A DNA stretch of 64,000 bases from Mycobacteriales bacterium (GTDB lineage Bacteria; Actinomycetota; Actinomycetes; JAFAQI01): positions 27,379-91,378 of the forward strand of contig DASZPL010000135.1 in NCBI GenBank assembly GCA_035550315.1, read 5' to 3'. The notes under the pieces were generated by a model, which was given only the letters and a program-made list of their open reading frames with translations, made no database searches and was not told the origin of the DNA. Both the position numbers and the translations under genes were made by a program. Shown one piece after another: positions 61,883-64,000 of this stretch (position 1 is its first letter; each line of letters starts with the position of its first letter).

Positions 61883-62529
61883 CCGCGCGTAGCCGATGGG
61901 CGGCTGCCCTGCTCGTGGTGAGCATTGCCACCGCGACCGGATGCCACTCGCGCACGGTCACGGATGCCGGCATTGAGCGAACGCCGACCGGTACGACGAG
62001 TGCGGCAACTGCGCCCCCCGGTTCGGCAGCTCCGGGTCGGGGGAGGGCGGCGTACACCGCGCGACAGCTCGTCGACGACGGCTTGCCATCCAAGATTGGC
62101 CCGGGAGCCCTGACAAAGCCACAGGTCAAGCAGCTGATGCAGTACTTCGAGAACAAGGTGGCGCACGCCTACGCGACGGGCCGGAGCGATTCGCTGACGC
62201 ACTATCTCGCCGGCCCGATGCTCAGCGGCAACCGAGCGACGATCCAGCTGCTGGCGGCGAAGCACAAGCGCAACGTCTTCCACATCGATGTCGTGGCCGT
62301 GCACTTGCAGGCCAACGAAGCAACGCGCCTGGTTTTCGCTATGACCGGCGACATGACGTCGAACTACTTCGTTGACACCGCGACCGGTCGGGTGCTCGAC
62401 CACGGCCTGCCTGGACCGTCGCAGGTCAAGTTCCTGATCTTCCTCGACCAGAATCCCGCCACCCGCACGTGGTACTGGACCGGCGAGCAGTCGCAGGCCG
62501 CTGCGGACAACGCCACTGGGAGCGGGTGA
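61879..62529 (+). CDS. lipoprotein, unknown function
   Basis: GTGA overlap with the upstream stop. Lipobox ATATGC. 216 aa, no recognisable catalytic motif. Confidence 0.6.
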   Translation: MTARSRWAAALLVVSIATATGCHSRTVTDAGIERTPTGTTSAATAPPGSAAPGRGRAAYTARQLVDDGLPSKIGPGALTKPQVKQLMQYFENKVAHAYATGRSDSLTHYLAGPMLSGNRATIQLLAAKHKRNVFHIDVVAVHLQANEATRLVFAMTGDMTSNYFVDTATGRVLDHGLPGPSQVKFLIFLDQNPATRTWYWTGEQSQAAADNATGSG

Positions 62530-62531
62530 CG

Positions 62532-63500
62532 ATGCGTGGCAGCGCCGTTCGGTTCGTCGCCGCCGGGGTGTTGGCGGCGAGCCTCCTGCTGGTTGTCGGA
62601 TCCGTCGCGCCGGCAGCCGCCGGCTCACCGCCGGCGGCTCAGCAGTTGCGCGGGACCTTCCGGCTGGAGCGCGCGTCGTGCACCCGCGGCCACCCGTCGG
62701 GCAGCTACGTCACGGTGACGTACGGCACCCGATCGATCGCGAACCCGCAGTCCGGCTGCGACCGGGGGGTCTACACGTTGTTGCAACCTGGCCGCCGTGG
62801 TCTCTCGACCGAGCGGTTCAGCCCGCTCGACGACCTGACCTTCGACGGCGGTGGCGACCCGCACGGCGGCGGCATCGCCCGGACGGTCGGGTTCCGCGGC
62901 CACCGGCTCTCGTTGGTCACGTCCCCGCGGGACCTTCAGGCGGCCCCTACCGGACCAGCCGTGTTTGCCCCGCCGACCATCTATCTCATCGGCCATCGGC
63001 TGGTCGGTGACGTCCGGTCGGTGCAGGCGCTGTACGACGGACGGCCCGGCTCCTCCTGTGTGACCGCCGCTGGGGCCGGCTGCTGGCTGGTCGGGGCCGA
63101 GCGGGCGACGGGCAGCTTCAACCCGACGACGCGCCGGTTCTCGTTGCAGTGGTTCAGCGGCCAGTCCTTCGTCGGCTCGTCGGCCGGCACGGTGGTCCAC
63201 CTCGCCGGGCGCTTTTACGGTGTCGGTCGGCCGGTGCCCCAGGGTCGGACCGTCGATCTCGGGACGCAGAGCTTTGCCGCCGGATCGCCCCCGCCGCGCT
63301 CGGCCGTGGTCACGTCCGGCAAGCCGCGGCGCCACCGGGCGGCTCCTCGCCACCGGCGGACCGCGGGCCCGGCCACGGCCGCCGGTCGCGACGACACCGC
63401 CGGCCGGCCGGGATGGCCCGAGTCCGCGGCCGAGGTGCTGCTCGCACTCAACGGTGTCGCCTCGGTTGGCGTGCTGGCGCGACGAAGGAGGACCCGGTGA
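62532..63500 (+). CDS. secreted 2-Cys domain protein, paralogue 3 (divergent), with basic/Pro-rich tail and possible C-terminal anchor
   Basis: Signal peptide present. LRGTFRLERASCTRGHPSGSYVTV....PQSGCDRGVYTLLQPG and ...SLQWFSG...VHLAGRF align with paralogues 1 and 2. GTG 62526 (GTGA overlap) is an alternative start. Confidence 0.6.
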   Translation: MRGSAVRFVAAGVLAASLLLVVGSVAPAAAGSPPAAQQLRGTFRLERASCTRGHPSGSYVTVTYGTRSIANPQSGCDRGVYTLLQPGRRGLSTERFSPLDDLTFDGGGDPHGGGIARTVGFRGHRLSLVTSPRDLQAAPTGPAVFAPPTIYLIGHRLVGDVRSVQALYDGRPGSSCVTAAGAGCWLVGAERATGSFNPTTRRFSLQWFSGQSFVGSSAGTVVHLAGRFYGVGRPVPQGRTVDLGTQSFAAGSPPPRSAVVTSGKPRRHRAAPRHRRTAGPATAAGRDDTAGRPGWPESAAEVLLALNGVASVGVLARRRRTR

Positions 63501-64000
63501 TCGCCGTTCGGCGCGCGCAGATCACGGTGGTGGTTGCCGCGGTGCTCGCCGTGCTGCTCGCCGGCTGCAGTGGTGGGCCGCAGCAGCCGGCGGCGACCCG
63601 ACTGCAGGGCATCCTTCGCCTCGACGCCGGCCACTGCGGTGCGCGGCACCGGGCCCCGACCGGTAGCTACCTGATCGTGATCTCGGCCGCGACCGGCAAG
63701 GCGGTGCCAAACCCCGCGAGCGGCTGTCGCAATCACGACTACACGCTGCTGCAGCCGGGCACCGAGGGCGGGATCCGGACCGGGAGCTTTCAACGACAGC
63801 CAGCCCCGGCGTTCGACAGCCACCGCAACGCACGCGCCGGGCTGATCATCCGGCCCACTCGGTTCGGCCGTTACCGGTTCGGGCTCGCGACCAGCTCTCG
63901 TGACGAGCAGGATGCTCCCGCCGGTGCGCCGGCGTACCCCCCACCGACCGCCCTGGTGCGCGGGAACGCACTCTCGGTCGATCTGCGTTCGCTCGTGTTG
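63497..64000 (+). CDS. 2-Cys domain lipoprotein, paralogue 4; 3' end runs off the window
   Basis: Absent from the ORF track because it is open-ended. GTGA overlap with the upstream stop. Lipobox LLAGC. LQGILRLDAGHCGARHRAPTGSYLIV...PASGCRNHDYTLLQPGTEGGIRTGSF..PAPAFDS.RNARA matches the family. Confidence 0.6.
   Translation, partial: MIAVRRAQITVVVAAVLAVLLAGCSGGPQQPAATRLQGILRLDAGHCGARHRAPTGSYLIVISAATGKAVPNPASGCRNHDYTLLQPGTEGGIRTGSFQRQPAPAFDSHRNARAGLIIRPTRFGRYRFGLATSSRDEQDAPAGAPAYPPPTALVRGNALSVDLRSLVL

Overview
High-GC actinobacterial chromosome segment; mycothiol amidase, PIN-PhoH2 and a Z-prenyl diphosphate synthase all point to Actinomycetota. All calls come from reading the sequence and the ORF track, with no database searches. 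Many long ORFs in the track are antisense or out-of-frame artefacts of the GC content, and several real genes start well inside the listed ORFs. I re-derived those starts from SD sequences and from ATGA/GTGA stop-start overlaps. Two genes open at the window edges are missing from the track: a desaturase at 1-825(-) and a lipoprotein at 63497-64000(+).

Positions 1 to ~45.3 kb are a conserved housekeeping backbone:
- desaturase, tRNA-Gln, glmU-prs-rplY-pth, mfd, mazG, eno-ftsB-DUF501-ppx
- UDG, a GGDEF/EAL protein, ndh, tRNA-Leu(UAA), thiolase, cbs/metB
- an AAA+/VWA pair, FIST-ilvA, greA, mca-MarR-thioredoxin-like, adenylate cyclase
- pckG, two SIMPL proteins, Z-prenyl synthase, phoH2

From ~46.1 kb to the window end the content becomes accessory-like and poorly characterised. 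I found no integrase, transposase or flanking repeat there.

The most interesting block is 50.3-64 kb, a candidate organosulfur/sulfide-oxidation plus copper-delivery island:
- a cysteine-free Rrf2 regulator
- a CstB-like persulfide dioxygenase-rhodanese fusion
- a YdhS-like FAD protein fused to a TTC38-like TPR domain
- a greatly expanded, probably Tat-exported SBP56 (methanethiol-oxidase-like) protein
- a four-domain CopC-CopD-YtkA-like-PBP1 fusion, translationally coupled to the SBP56-like gene and followed by four secreted proteins or lipoproteins

An unrecognised secreted ~190-aa domain with two conserved cysteines occurs four times (47.5, 49.6, 62.5 and 63.5 kb) and brackets the island.
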